In this document: piece by piece, positions 26,839 to 40,740 of the stretch
How the letters are laid out: every line of letters starts with the position of its first letter
Numbering within the stretch: the first letter of the stretch is position 1
Assembly: GCA_964016885.1 (NCBI GenBank)
Contig: OZ024755.1
Location: 28,520,001-28,584,000, forward strand
Reading direction: 5' to 3'
Source: Eledone cirrhosa
Lineage: Eukaryota
Length of the DNA stretch: 64,000 nt
The notes under the pieces: generated by a model
Databases searched by the model: none
What the model saw: the letters and a program-made list of their open reading frames with translations, nothing else
Told to the model about the DNA's origin: nothing
Program-made: the position numbers and the translations under genes

Positions 26839-27351
26839 AATATGGTTTTATAAATATAGTTTCCATTTATTAATATATAGTGTATTTACTCCAGTAGACT
26901 GTTGAGTGCTTTATATCAGTTATAAAAATGTTTAAGCTTGTTGAATCCCAACAAATTAAATATAACCTCTACATAGATAGATATATATATATATGTACGT
27001 GTGTGTGTATGTGTGAGATTGCCTATGTAATTATTCTTTAGATTTGTCCTGTCGGTGATTACATCATACAAAACCACTAAACAACAATGGTGCTACAAAT
27101 CTTTATGTGCGAATATCTCGTTTAGAGCTTCTGACCTGTACTAAAGTGAACCATATTGTATTGACCCAATTGAAGGTACTTTCACTAACATTCTAAGATT
27201 GTTGGTTATACCATTTCGAATGTGAAATTACTTGCTCTGCTCGTTTGTCTATTCCCTGTTGATTTATATAGGAATCATTCGTAATTCGATAATGTCTATA
27301 TATGTCGTCGTTAAGCAAGTAGTTGCACACATTTCAATACATTTGAAAGGA

Positions 27352-27520
27352 TAAATAGACTCAAAGAGTCAAAATAAGTAGACTCAAAGAGTCAAAATAA
27401 ATAGACTCAAAGAGTCAAAATAAGTTCAAAATAAGTTCAAATAAGTTCAAAATAAGAGTCAAAATAAGAGTCAAAATAAGAGTCAAAATAAATAGACTCA
27501 AAGAGTCAAAATAAGTTCAG
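27352..27520. repeat. Minisatellite of aaatagactcaaagagtcaaaataag and sub-units
   Basis: Directly visible. Confidence 0.85.
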
Positions 27521-27774
27521 CTAAATATTTAATATATTCGATATTTTCAAGACCACGCTTCGCGTTTTCTTAAAATTGATATAGTCATAAAGCAAAACAC
27601 CGACTACAGTTTCAAACTGATTAAAAACATTGTTAATACACACACAGATACATACGGACACACACCACACTCACACACACAAACACACACATATATGCAG
27701 GATGACTGAAAAGCAACTCCCTATTTTAAAATTCTTATAATTTGTTTCTTAACTATAATTTTTACGAGAAATAA

Positions 27775-27870
<96 letters not shown>

Positions 27871-28308
27871 AATATATATTATATAAATATATGTATATAT
27901 ATATTATATATATATATATATATTATATAAATATATATTATATAAATATATGTATATATATATTATATATATATATATATATTATATATATACATATTAT
28001 ATATATATATATATTATATATTATATATTATATATATATTATATATCTGCGTGCACAGATTGATTTTTTTTTTGTTTCAGAAGATCTCGTTAAGGGTGAA
28101 AGAAGCGATTCTTTGCTTAAACTTTCATCTGTTCTTATAATAAATATATAATATATATATATATATATAAGTTTGGCTATTATGCAATGAACACCTGATG
28201 ATATCACCAGGATCTTACGGAATTTGGCCACTAAATTGTACAATAGTGTTTTCTATAATAAATGTTTGAAGGAATTTCACCAGTCCGGCCTCCTGTCATT
28301 TTACTCAA

Positions 28309-28419
28309 TAATTGTCTCTACTTTAGGCACAAGGCTAGCAATTACCCAGTGCATTACTGGTACTTTATTTTATCGACCCCGTAAGGATGAAAGGCAAAGT
28401 CAACCTCGGTGGGATTACT

Positions 28420-28486
<67 letters not shown>

Positions 28487-29560
28487 CAAAGAAGTAACAA
28501 CACAGACGTACAATGTCTTATTGGGTTGACGCTTTATATGGAAAAGGGGTAAGAAAGTTCGACATGTCGGGCTTTAGCCCCTCCTCAGGACAGGATTAAA
28601 AAAAATAGAGTCAGGATCACAATGGATAAATACATATGGATGTGTGTGCGAGTGTAAATGCGGGAGTGTGTGTATAATTCATGAACAGATGTGCGCAGCG
28701 AGTAAGAAAATTGTAACGGCTAAACAATTATAATTGTTTCTACTTTTGGCACAAGGCCAGTAATTATATCAGTGTATTACTGGTGCCTTATTTTATAGAC
28801 CCGGTTAGGATGAGTAACCAAAGCTAACCTCGGTGGGATTTGAACTCAGATTGTTAAGAGGCATAACTCTATGCTGCAAAGCAGGGCGTCCGACCCTCTA
28901 CCGATACTGCCAATCCATAATAGTTGTTTCTGTTTTTGGCACAGGGCCAGCAATAATCCCAGGTGTTACTGGTACTTTATTTCTCCGACCTCGAAAGGAT
29001 AAAAGGCAAAGTTGACCTCGGTGGGATTTGAACTCCAAGAGCAGAGAGCCAGAACGAATACCGAAAAGCATTCTATCCGACATTCTAACGACTCTGCCAA
29101 TTCGCCGCCAAAGAGTCTTTACTTTTGACACAGGTCCAGCGAATACCCCAGTACATTACCGGTGCTTTATTTTATCGACCCTGTAAGGATGAAAGGCAAA
29201 GCTAACCTCTGTGGGATTTGAACTCAGATCATAAAGGGGCGTAACTGTATGCTGCAAAGTATGGCGTCCGACATTCTACCGATCCAGGCAATAATAAGAA
29301 ACAAAATAAATATAAACTTAAATACAAAGGCTCTGATAATAATACAATTTGTAGTATATAGAGTAATACTTCTTTCTATTTTAGGCACAAGGCCAGCAAT
29401 TATCCAGTACATTACTGGTACTTTATTTTATCGACCCCGTAAGGATGAAAGGCAAAGTTAACCTCGGCGGGATTTTAACTCAGAATGGCAAGGGCCGTAA
29501 CTCTATGCGTCAAAGCATGGTGTCCGACTCTCTACCGATACTGACAATCCACCGCATATA
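28309..29560 (-). mobile_element. Cluster of ~5 S1 SINE copies/fragments
   Basis: Repeated ggcacaaggcc...gtactttattttatcgacccc...ggatttgaactc blocks. Confidence 0.85.
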
Positions 29561-29804
29561 TAGAGTAATAATAATTATAAGAATAACAAAAACAGAAGCG
29601 TTAAGAAGCCAAGGCATCCATAATGGCAAAGACAATATGTGTGCACTGAAAATAGACTGAGCAATGTGTAGCGTCAGTGGTGTCAAATGTCCTCTTAACA
29701 GATACACTATTGTCAACTATTTCACACAGTGAAAACCTGTATGTAATAGACGTACATGCACACATACACATATAGATGCATATACATACAGACACACCCA
29801 CACC

Positions 29805-29859
<55 letters not shown>

Positions 29860-29861
<2 letters not shown>

Positions 29862-30200
29862 GTTTATATATATTTATATATAAATGAAATATATATATGT
29901 GTGTGTGTGTGTGTCTATATATATATTTAGATATTTATACATACAAACATACGTACATATGTGTGTGTATATATATATTAATGTTTATATATATTTATAT
30001 ATAAATGAAATATATATATATATGTGTGTGTGTGTGTCTATATATATATTTAGATATTTATACATACAAACATACGTACATATGTGTGTATATATATATT
30101 AATGTTTATATATATTTATATATAAATGAAATATATATATATATGTGTGTGTGTGTGTCTATATATATATTTATATATTTATACATACAAACATACGTAC
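29860..30200. repeat. ~122-bp low-complexity unit x3
   Basis: taaatgaaatata...gtctatata...catacaaacatacgtacata repeated three times. Confidence 0.85.
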
Positions 30201-30221
30201 ATATATATATATATATACATC

Positions 30222-30355
30222 TATCTATCTAGGGCGGGTAAAATTCCCGATATCCATGGACGAGTTCTCTCTCCAGCGGTCTCTGTCTCTCATCATCGCT
30301 GCTATTTCCTGCGTCTCCAAGAGACCTGTGTATGTCCTTTGGGGTATCAACATAT
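30222..30355 (-). mobile_element. RTE LINE 3' end with (TAGA)n tail
   Basis: Homologous to 26330-26460. Confidence 0.8.
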
Positions 30356-30607
30356 TTCAACCTATACACATGTACGTATATACAGAGAACGCTATGTGAT
30401 TATGTGTATGACTGTTAGTTAAATTGTGTTCGTATGCATCAGTTTATAAAAATAACGCATGATTCCTTGCTGCTTATGAATTCCCAGAGACTGACAATCT
30501 TATACGCTTAAATGCATGCACACAACAACAGACAGTCATTTTACTCTATGCCTCACGACACGAATATAAATAAAAGCGGCATATTTATGACTAGACATGT
30601 AAATAAC

Positions 30608-30801
30608 TGTTTCTACTTTAGGCACAAGGCCAGCAATTACCCAGTGCATTACTGGTACTTTATTTTATCGACCTCGTAAGGATGAAAGGCAAAGTCAACG
30701 TCGGCGGGATTTGAACTCAGATCGTAAAGGGACGTAACTATGCTGGAAAGCATGGCGTCCGACCCTCTAACGATACTGCCAATCCACAGCCAATTCACCG
30801 C
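30608..30801 (-). mobile_element. S1 SINE with 17-bp TSD
   Basis: TSD ctagacatgtaaataac at 30591-30607 and 30802-30818. Confidence 0.9.
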
Positions 30802-31869
30802 CTAGACATGTAAATAACAGCAACCGGTTGATGACATTAAGCAGAATAAAAGAACTGCGATAACAGTAAACACTTCAAAAGATTATTCGTGAACATATAT
30901 ATATAAAGGCGGTCAGCCAAACTGACAACTGTCCCTCTTGGACGCCTTCGAGTCGAAAATATTTTTCTGTTTTTTTTTTGTTAATCTGCTTTCTTTCCTT
31001 ATAGCCTGTTGGATTGTGTTTAACATTATTGATTTAGTATATAATTATTATGCAATATAGACCTCATGATATCACCACGATCTTACGTAAGCTGGCCACT
31101 GAATTGTACATAGTGTTTGTTGAAATACATTTTTGAAGGAATTTCACGAGTCCGACCTCTGTCACTTTACTCAACAATATACACACACACACACACACAT
31201 ACACACACAACACACACATATATATATACATTAATAGGACTGGTTGATGTATTATCGAAGCAATACACGCTAGTTTCCCCACACAATGACTTATGAATTG
31301 AATCATGCGTCAACCCAATTGTGTAATATCTGCTGATCATACGCAATTTCCGCAAAGTGCATTTTTGAAATGTTAGGCAGAATATTGCACAGAAACGGAA
31401 TCTGTCCATGAGCTAGATAAATAACGTATAACTAACACTGCTACTTACTATAAAACTTTTATATTTGCAATCTAAAGATCGAGATATTGTTTCACAATTG
31501 CCAGCTTGTCTCATAGAGTGAATGAGTCGTTAACGTATATATATAATTAGATTCTTAAAACCATCTGTTATTTAGCCTTTACTTCTAGGCCGCTTACCAT
31601 TTCTTTTCCTGCTATATTTTTTCGTTGTTTTAATTCTAGTTATTGGACACATTTCGTCGGAAGAATCTCGATTCTTCCGTACTCTAGGTTAAGAGATGCA
31701 GACAAATTTTACCATAACAGATTGGAAATTTAACATCTAGCGTGAAGAAACTAAACACTGCTACGCCTTTAGATGTGTACTTTAGTATCTTTAAATGCCA
31801 ACTTCATCTTCAGCGTCGTATTTCTGAGATTTTTATAGGAGAAAGAGTCCTGTCAAAAGTAAATATTTC

Positions 31870-32035
31870 CAAATGATCCAGCTGGAGAACCAAGCGAGAT
31901 CAGCCGAGCTCATGGAAGTTATCCAACTATCTTGCTAGGAGTCTACCCCTAGGCTCTCTGACGGTTAGATTTACCCGTAAAATCTGTACAGCTATAGTTT
32001 TCTGGGGTATTCTAATCATATGTCCTTAGAATCGG
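31870..32035 (-). mobile_element. Old RTE LINE 3' fragment
   Basis: Minus strand GHMIRIPQKT...PRGRL...WLDNFHELG-like C-terminal motif. Confidence 0.5.
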
Positions 32036-33034
32036 AACTCTATGGTCTCCGGGCTAAGCTGTCTATCGATCAAAGTTACTCCAGAGGCCCTTTTAATATT
32101 TTCATATGTTGGACATACAAAAAAGAATTTTCATGAAGATTTCGCCTATTGACATAAACGTAATTTCTTGTATAATTCTTTCTGATTACAAAACAAACCG
32201 GATTTAATCTCTCTCTTGTAATCTGCGCTGCAAAATATAATATAATTTTTCCCAATCAAATATTCAAATTTAATAGGTAAGTGTTTTATGCACACTTTAC
32301 CATAACTAAAGAAAGTTTAATTGTTGATGATGTTATCACCCTGAAATTTAATTTCATTTTATAAATCTCTATTTAAAGGCATTTCATTATTTTGATATCA
32401 AATCTACTTAATGTTGTTTTGGTTCCTCTTTTACCCAGGGAATTTGCCAGGTATAAGGTATATCTGTTTGCACTCTACTAATGTATTGAGTACCTTACTT
32501 ACTGTGGATATATGTATCATTAGCTATTTTTCATTTAATCATATGATATCTCGACGTTCAAGTAGCCTGATTCTTTTAAAACAACATCCCCTTATTTTTA
32601 CTCTCTCACACACACTTAACTTTTGTTTTCATCCTCATCTAGTCTCTCATTCTTTCCTCCTTTTATTTCGACAGTATCTTGGTTTTACGATATAATATAT
32701 ATATATATATATATAGATTCAGCTTATTACATGTGCCATTACTTTCGCATTATCCTGATTTTTACAGCTGCCATATTATGGAGTTTTCAAATTCCCCTTT
32801 TGGCACTTAGACACGCCTTTTGCGACAGATTTTGACCAATCAGTGACTCTTTGGATAACACACCTGCGTAAAGCATTGAGCAGCGTTTTCTTGCCCTCGA
32901 TTTAGAAAATGTTATTGAAGCTTATAAAAACACATCATTCTATCGCCAGTAATATAATAAAAGCCGTGTGTATTTGTCCGTCACACACTAGAGATGACTG
33001 AGGAAAGAAGGAGTGATTACGCCGCCTAAAGGAG

Positions 33035-33215
33035 GAAGGGGTGTCAGAGTGACAGAGTGGACACCAAGAAAATGGACAAGATCAAAAGCATGTCCAAGGA
33101 CAAGTTACCGAGACGACCCCACCAATCAGCTGGGTCCATCATGGCCAAGACTGACAAGGGAAAGAAGTCGGTGGAAGGAGTCCAGGGAGGGGTTCCTACT
33201 CTGTGAATGATTTTA
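33035..33215 (+). mobile_element. RTE-like LINE 3' fragment
   Basis: RVTEWTPRKWTRSKACPRTSYRDD...RERSRWK resembles RTE ORF C-termini. Confidence 0.65.
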
Positions 33216-34396
33216 AGACCCTGGATCAAGAATATTTTGCAATTATCGATATTTTTGGATTGGTACTCTGTTTCTAGCACGGATGCGTTGATCAGAAACC
33301 CTCTCTTTTCGCTAAAGCGTAGATGTGTTCTCCCACATGAAACAGAGCTAATTAAGAAATATAAACATAATTTTAGATAATTATGCCAGTAAATATTTAA
33401 AACGGCAGTGTTTGGTTTGAAATAGTTTGGGTTTTTATTTTTCCCACATTTCAACTGAATAGGCAACATTGAATGGTACTGAAATGCTGACGCTAGAATT
33501 ACACTGTATAACAGCATGATCATATGAGATACTACACTCTTATATTTCCATAAATCAAGGTTCATACGAATACAGATATATACAGAGAGAGATATGTGGA
33601 GTGAGAAAGCATGATAGAGAGCGAAACAGAGAAATTGTGTGATTAAAAGAGTTGTAGCTGGGATTAATTTTGGTTCGGGAGAAGAGTATTTCAATGAAAA
33701 GTTAGATTGAAAGTCATAGCAAAAAACACCTTCTGTGTTATTTACTTTACTTCGTTGAAGTGAATACAAAAGACCATTGCGTGATTGCGTACAAGTGTTT
33801 CGGTTCATTACTGCAAAGTAAATCCGGGTTGAGATGACTTATAATCGAAGATGCGTAAGCCTCCTAGCCACCGTCATTTGAGTGTAGATATATATTATGT
33901 ACACCTATATTATGTGTATTAGACGATATTATTTTAGACGATAAGGTGTCATTCGAAGGAAAGATAGCTGCTAATTCTAACGGGCCTATCATCCATGGTT
34001 ATATTCATTTGTTGACTAGTACACGGGTATTTATGAAGCAGGGATCCTCTAGAATGAATTATTTTTTCCTCAAAGCAATTGCTTGCATATTAGTGTGTGC
34101 ACGTGCATATGAATTAGTATATGTGTCAGCAAGTTGTGAACAGATGTGAAATTTCAATGGTATGTATTGCAACATTCAGCTTTTGAAAATTTGCAACTGT
34201 GTATGTATTTATGATTCACGTTAAGTACATAATACACATGTCGTTGGTAAACCGGGTTAGCTGAGCTGTTCTGTCTACATAGCAAGCATAGCTGCGGCTC
34301 TCTTTTCGATCTGTTCTTTTCTTTTATTTAAGCAATGTATCTCTCATTGAATAAACACCCGTTGATACTTTATTATATCAAACATTAATTGTATCT

Positions 34397-34920
34397 GATT
34401 TAGGCACAAGGCCACCATATTGGAAGGATGAGAAAATCGATTAAATCGACTCCAGTGCATTACTAGTACTTTATTTTATAAATACGGTAGGGATGAAAGG
34501 AAAAGCTAACCCCCAGCGGGAATTCAAATCAGGACGTAATAGCATGTACCTATATATAATGTAAAGCATGTTGTCTGATGCTCTGACGAGACTGCTACTC
34601 CACAGCCCTTGCTATCAAGAAATACTTTTGGCACAAGGCCAGCAATTACCCAGTGCATTGCTGGTATTTTATTTTATCGACCCCGTAAGGATGAAAGATA
34701 AAGTTAACCTCGGCGGGATTTGAACTCAAACCGTAAAGGGCCGTAACTCTATGCTGCAAAGCATGGAGCTCCATCCTCTACCAAAACAGCCACCCCCCCC
34801 ACCCTTTGCTATCAAGAAATAATTGTTTCTACGTTAGGCACAAGGCCAGCAATTACCCAGTACATTACTGGTACTTTATTTTATCGACCCCGTAAGGATG
34901 AAACGCAAAGTTAACCTCGA
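34397..34920 (-). mobile_element. Three S1 SINE copies/fragments
   Basis: S1 blocks. Confidence 0.85.
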
Positions 34921-35622
34921 CCAAATTATCATGACTCTTCTCGTTCTATCTATTTATATTTCTTTTTTTCTAACTCACATTCTTAGATCACATACCTTAT
35001 CAAACCAGTACAACTCCAAAATATTATTCTCATTTTATTTTCAGTGGGTTCGGAAAACATCTCTGGATATTATTTGCTCTTATTTCAACTTTATTGGCAA
35101 AATATAGTATTTGCAGTACTTGCCAAAATAGAAATCTAAGTATCCTTTGATAAAGGTTTAAGATTTTTCACTAAATAACGCAATAAAATAAAAAGAAGTT
35201 TAGGAAATAAATTACTGAGAGAAACTGCCCAGATATTATGTACAATTGAGGGTTATTTGGTCAAACATTCAGCCAATGAATCATAATACATCCAATATAT
35301 TTCTGCCTTATTCTGACCTCCTCGGTTAAGCAGACCATTCACCCTACTTACCAACGTAGTGATGAAAGATTCACAAGATATATGTCTAATATTTCGATAT
35401 ACTTGTATGTGTATGTGAGATAATTCCTTTCAATCCATTACTTAATTTGAAAATACTCATTACTTTTAATATTAAACCTATTTACATATTATTTAATTTC
35501 CCTATCAGTCACTCAGTTTGTTCGCAATTTTAACTCCTTAGCTATTTTCTTTGGCGAGAATGTCATTCCTCAACTAATGATTGCTTAATAATTTTTCACA
35601 CAATTCTCTTCATCTTTAATGT

Positions 35623-35950
35623 AAAACAATTTTCCCCTAAACTTAGTATATTCTCACTAACATATGAAGGATTATCATCATATCTTATGACATTATATGT
35701 GTTCTGCAATACTGGAATTGCTTCTGCCAACAGCTCATTTTTTAATTATGTTCGATTTTTAATCGAAAGTGGCTTCTTTTTAAGGAAAAACAATTTTCCC
35801 CTAAACTTAGTATATTCTCACTAACATATGAAGGATTATCACCATATCTTATGACATTATATGTGTTCTGCAATACTGGAATTGCTTCTGCCAACAGCTC
35901 ATTTCTTTTTATCATGTTCGATTTTTAATCGAAAGTGGCTTCTTTTTTTT
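35623..35950. repeat. 164-bp tandem duplication
   Basis: aaaacaattttcccctaaacttag at 35623 and 35787. Confidence 0.9.
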
Positions 35951-36039
35951 CAGGAAAGAAATATTTTTGATTCGGTTGTTACTGAAGTAGAATATAATTT
36001 GTATATTACTTCGTCAGTGTCGTCATGGATATGATGCTG

Positions 36040-36315
36040 AACACCCAGCACCAGCAACATCGACATCACCATCATCATCTTCATCGTCGTCATCATTATC
36101 ATCATCATCATCATCATCATAATCAATCTCATCGTCGTCATCATCTTCATCACCACCATTATCATCATCTCATCATTATCATCATTCTCGTCATCACCAT
36201 CATCCTCACCATCACCATCACCATCATCATTATTAGCATCATCGACATCATTCTCATCCCGTTATCATCATCATCATTCTTATCATCATCATCATCATTA
36301 ACATCATCATCATCA
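36040..36315. repeat. (CAT)n microsatellite
   Basis: Directly visible. Confidence 0.95.
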
Positions 36316-36604
36316 TAAATATTTTAATGTAATACATTTTTTGGGTAATGTTTTAATGTTGAATTTATTTTCTATTTCCGGTCCTCATTTCCGAATACAA
36401 TAATAATAATTGTTTCTACTTTAGGCCAGCAATTACCCAGTACATTACTGGTACTTTATACAATAATACAATAATACAATAATAATAACGATTCCTTTTA
36501 TCGACCACAGGGGCCCAAGATATTGAGGACAATAAGGTGGGGGTTCGAGACAAAACAACAAGGTGGCGTTTCTCTGGCTAAAATAGAAACCATTATTTAC
36601 TAAG

Positions 36605-37195
36605 AGGCGGTGGATTGGCAGTATCGGTAGAGGGTCGGACGCCATGCTTTCCAGCATAGTTACGCCCCTTTACGGTCTGAGGTCAAATCCCGCCGAGGTT
36701 GACTTTGCCGTTCATCCTTACGGGGTCGATAAAATAAAGTACCAGTAATGCACTTGGTAATTGCTGGCCTTGTGCCTAAAGTAGAAACAATTATTTACTA
36801 TGAGGTGGTGGATTGGCAGTATCGGTAGAGGGTCGGACGCCATGCTTTCCAGCATAGTTACGTCCCTTTAGTATCTGAGTTCAAATCCCGCCGAGGTTGA
36901 CTTTGCCTTTCATCCTTACGGGGTCGATAAAATAAAGTACCAGTAATGCACTGGGTAATTGCTGGCCTTGTGCCTAAAGTAGAAACAATTATTTACTATG
37001 AGGTGGTGGATTGGCAGTATCGGTAGAGGGTCGGACGCCATGCTTTCCAGCATAGTTACGTCCCTTTACGGTCTGAGGTCAAATCCCGCCGAGGTTGACT
37101 TTGCCTTTCTTCCTTACGGGGTCGATAAAATAAAGTACCAGTAATGCACTTGGTAATTGCTGGCCTTGTGCCTAAAGTAGAAACAATTATTTACT
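36605..37195 (+). mobile_element. Three head-to-tail S1 SINE copies (~197-bp unit)
   Basis: Near-identical units joined by ttatttactatgag. Confidence 0.9.
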
Positions 37196-38839
37196 ATGAG
37201 GTATCAGTGGTTCCAGAAAGACGATGCACTTCTAAAGAAATAATTTAATAAAACTCTACCAGTGGTTTTTGTTTTAAGAATGACAAGGTAAAACAATGCA
37301 GAGAAGTTTTCATTGGGTGCCCAAGGTAGTAAATGGAGTTTTGAGAAAATATTTGTAATTGTTCAATGTAATGTTTTACCTCTTATTAACTGGAAGATAA
37401 TGGCATTGTCAAGATTATACTATCCACCAGTACTTGAAAATCACTTACAGCATTAATTGTACCGCTGTTTAACACTGTAAACAAGTACAATAAGCACTGC
37501 ACTAGAAATGAAATGTATCGTATTCCGTTGTTGTGTAGTTGAAGCTGAGAGTATAATGCTTTCAGATCTAGTTTGGAATCATAATAGGAAATAGAACACA
37601 TCAGATAACGATCTAGGATAACCGCTAGGATGCGGAGAGGCACGATGAACTAATTAGTGATTTATTGTTTGAGAATGGTCGATATCAAATGTTTGTTTGA
37701 GGGGATTTTAAAAATACTTCCATGCATCACGCTATGGAGAAATTAAGGGTTCTAGAATAAAATCATCATGAATGGCGTTAACTACTTTCATATTATGTAT
37801 AACACCAAATAGAAGAAATCAAGAAATGTGGTTGCTATTGCTACGTAATATTCGTTAGGAAATATGAGAGGGTGTTCACCGTATAGGACCAGTCAAGCCT
37901 CAGTTAGATATTCAATGATCATTCGAGCTTTAACATAGCACTGTCGTACCGTTTAAGGAAGTAAATTCCAATGACCATAAAAGAGAAGTAGAAGTTTGTC
38001 ATATTTAAATAAATCATTTCACTCGAAAATATGAAATATTGTTGATGTTCGGAAATCACAAATATGCAAAGACTGCCTCGATATGCAGGAAATGAGAGAT
38101 TCCAGGTAACACCCTCGTCTATGAAAGTGGAAAAGCATGAATATGTCGTCTAGTCATATATACATTGATAATAGTTTTTTTTCAAGACGATTTCCTTGCT
38201 TATGTGCCTTATTTGTAACGAGGATGGAAGTTAGCAATGTTGCTGATCCTCTTGACCGATGTAGAGACCGGTATATCCTCAAATTTGGTCAGTTGTGCCA
38301 ATTGTAGATACCCCCTTCCGCACAGTGTGGTCGCGGCGAGAGCAAAAGAAAAATAGTAATTCCGATTTTGTTATACTATGGGAGGGTCATGCTGCCAATA
38401 AAAAAAAAACGCACCAATTTATTATAAATTTCCGGTTAGTTGGTTAGTTGGATAACCGGATGGTTGTTTATATATTGTCAAATCTCTTTCGTCACACAGT
38501 TTATTAATTAATTAAAGCAGCACTATATTTCTTGCTTTCAATGATCGACACTGCTTTTGTGGCAGTATCAAAAAAATCACTGGCAAATTTCGGCAAAAAC
38601 ATATATATTTCTAATTATATATTCAAATGCTTATGCATGAAAAATATTCCTAGTCATATGGGTATCATTTTCACCTATTCTTCACATCAAAACCTCAATA
38701 GAAGTATATATTTGTGTTTCTAAAGTAATTACGAAATAAACATTTTTGTGTTTAAAGCGTAATTAATATATATATATATATATATATATATTAACATATA
38801 AATATTAATAAAATAGATGTTCTTTTGATCAATTACATT

Positions 38840-38893
38840 TTATTATACATATTTCAGATGTACAACAGTACGTCCTCATCAGACACATAATAA
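38840..38893 (-). ncRNA. Degenerate hammerhead motif in a Penelope-like remnant
   Basis: ctgatga gga cgtactgttgtaca tct gaaa tatg ta; stem I is weak. Confidence 0.45.
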
Positions 38894-39300
38894 TAACTCC
38901 GGAAAATAATTTTTTAACCGTAGAGTGCTTCCAATCCACTGTAAAACTCATTCTTTGACATACTCATTGAATATTGTTTAACACTTTAATATATATATAT
39001 ATATATATAAAAACAAATAACGAAACGAAATTAAATTTCGTTTCGTTTGTAACTCACTTTTGTATGACTGACGCTTAAACAATTAAGTTAAAAATGTACA
39101 TCCACATATGTATACTGAAATACTAGTATGCATATGAATACACACACGTGTACATATGTAGATGTACCGAGTTTTCACTGGTCACTTTACTGTGAGTGTC
39201 CAGCTATTCCGTATGTAGACACACAGACAAACCGGTTCTTAGAGTCATACTGGTTTTTGAGGAAACACCTTTCCTCTATTCTCCAGAAAGCCAGACAAGG

Positions 39301-39345
39301 AATATTGGACTAGTTTCGATGTTGTTACATCTCATCAGCAATATT
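39301..39345 (-). ncRNA. Minimal type I hammerhead ribozyme, copy 1
   Basis: Minus strand reads AATATTG CTGATGA GATGT-aaca-ACATC GAAA CTAG TC CAATATT: 7-bp stem I, complete core, 5-bp stem II, palindromic ACTAGT stem III, GUC cleavage triplet. Confidence 0.92.
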
Positions 39346-39765
39346 TACCTATCTTCCGGCTTCTCTAGAGAATCGTGAAAGCACATATCGTTATATGCTT
39401 TTTCTATGAAAATTAGTAGTGGGCAGACCAATTTGCATAGAGCGTGAGTACGTACCGGTTCAACGGAGACGATAAAAACAAATAACGAAACGAAATTAAA
39501 TTTCGTTTCGTTTGTAACTCACTTTTGTATGACTGACGCTTAAACAATTAAGTTAAAAATGTACATCCACATATGTATACTGAAATACTAGTATGCATAT
39601 GAATACACACACGTGTACATATGTAGATGTACCGAGTTTTCACTGGTCACTTTACTGTGAGTGTCCAGCTATTCCGTATGTAGACACACAGACAAACCGG
39701 TTCTTAGAGTCATACTGGTTTTTGAGGAAACACCTTTCCTCTATTCTCCAGAAAGCCAGACAAGG

Positions 39766-39810
39766 AATATTGGACTAGTTTCGATGTTGTTACATCTCAT
39801 CAGCAATATT
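39766..39810 (-). ncRNA. Minimal type I hammerhead ribozyme, copy 2
   Basis: Identical to 39301-39345, offset 465 bp. Confidence 0.92.
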
Positions 39811-40230
39811 TACCTATCTTCCGGCTTCTCTAGAGAATCGTGAAAGCACATATCGTTATATGCTTTTTCTATGAAAATTAGTAGTGGGCAGACCAATTTG
39901 CATAGAGCGTGAGTACGTACCGGTTCAACGGAGACGATAAAAACAAATAACGAAACGAAATTAAATTTCGTTTCGTTTGTAACTCACTTTTGTATGACTG
40001 ACGCTTAAACAATTAAGTTAAAAATGTACATCCACATATGTATACTGAAATACTAGTATGCATATGAATACACACACGTGTACATATGTAGATGTACCGA
40101 GTTTTCACTGGTCACTTTACTGTGAGTGTCCAGCTATTCCGTATGTAGACACACAGACAAACCGGTTCTTAGAGTCATACTGGTTTTTGAGGAAACACCT
40201 TTCCTCTATTCTCCAGAAAGCCAGACAAGG

Positions 40231-40275
40231 AATATTGGACTAGTTTCGATGTTGTTACATCTCATCAGCAATATT
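40231..40275 (-). ncRNA. Minimal type I hammerhead ribozyme, copy 3
   Basis: Identical to 39301-39345, offset 930 bp. Confidence 0.92.
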
Positions 40276-40695
40276 TACCTATCTTCCGGCTTCTCTAGAG
40301 AATCGTGAAAGCACATATCGTTATATGCTTTTTCTATGAAAATTAGTAGTGGGCAGACCAATTTGCATAGAGCGTGAGTACGTACCGGTTCAACGGAGAC
40401 GATAAAAACAAATAACGAAACGAAATTAAATTTCGTTTCGTTTGTAACTCACTTTTGTATGACTGACGCTTAAACAATTAAGTTAAAAATGTACATCCAC
40501 ATATGTATACTGAAATACTAGTATGCATATGAATACACACACGTGTACATATGTAGATGTACCGAGTTTTCACTGGTCACTTTACTGTGAGTGTCCAGCT
40601 ATTCCGTATGTAGACACACAGACAAACCGGTTCTTAGAGTCATACTGGTTTTTGAGGAAACACCTTTCCTCTATTCTCCAGAAAGCCAGACAAGG

Positions 40696-40740
40696 AATAT
40701 TGGACTAGTTTCGATGTTGTTACATCTCATCAGCAATATT
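40696..40740 (-). ncRNA. Minimal type I hammerhead ribozyme, copy 4
   Basis: Identical to 39301-39345, offset 1395 bp. Confidence 0.92.

Noticed and set aside
33044-33808. 254-aa minus-strand ORF
   Set aside because: No domain, partly antisense to an RTE fragment, and its composition does not look coding.
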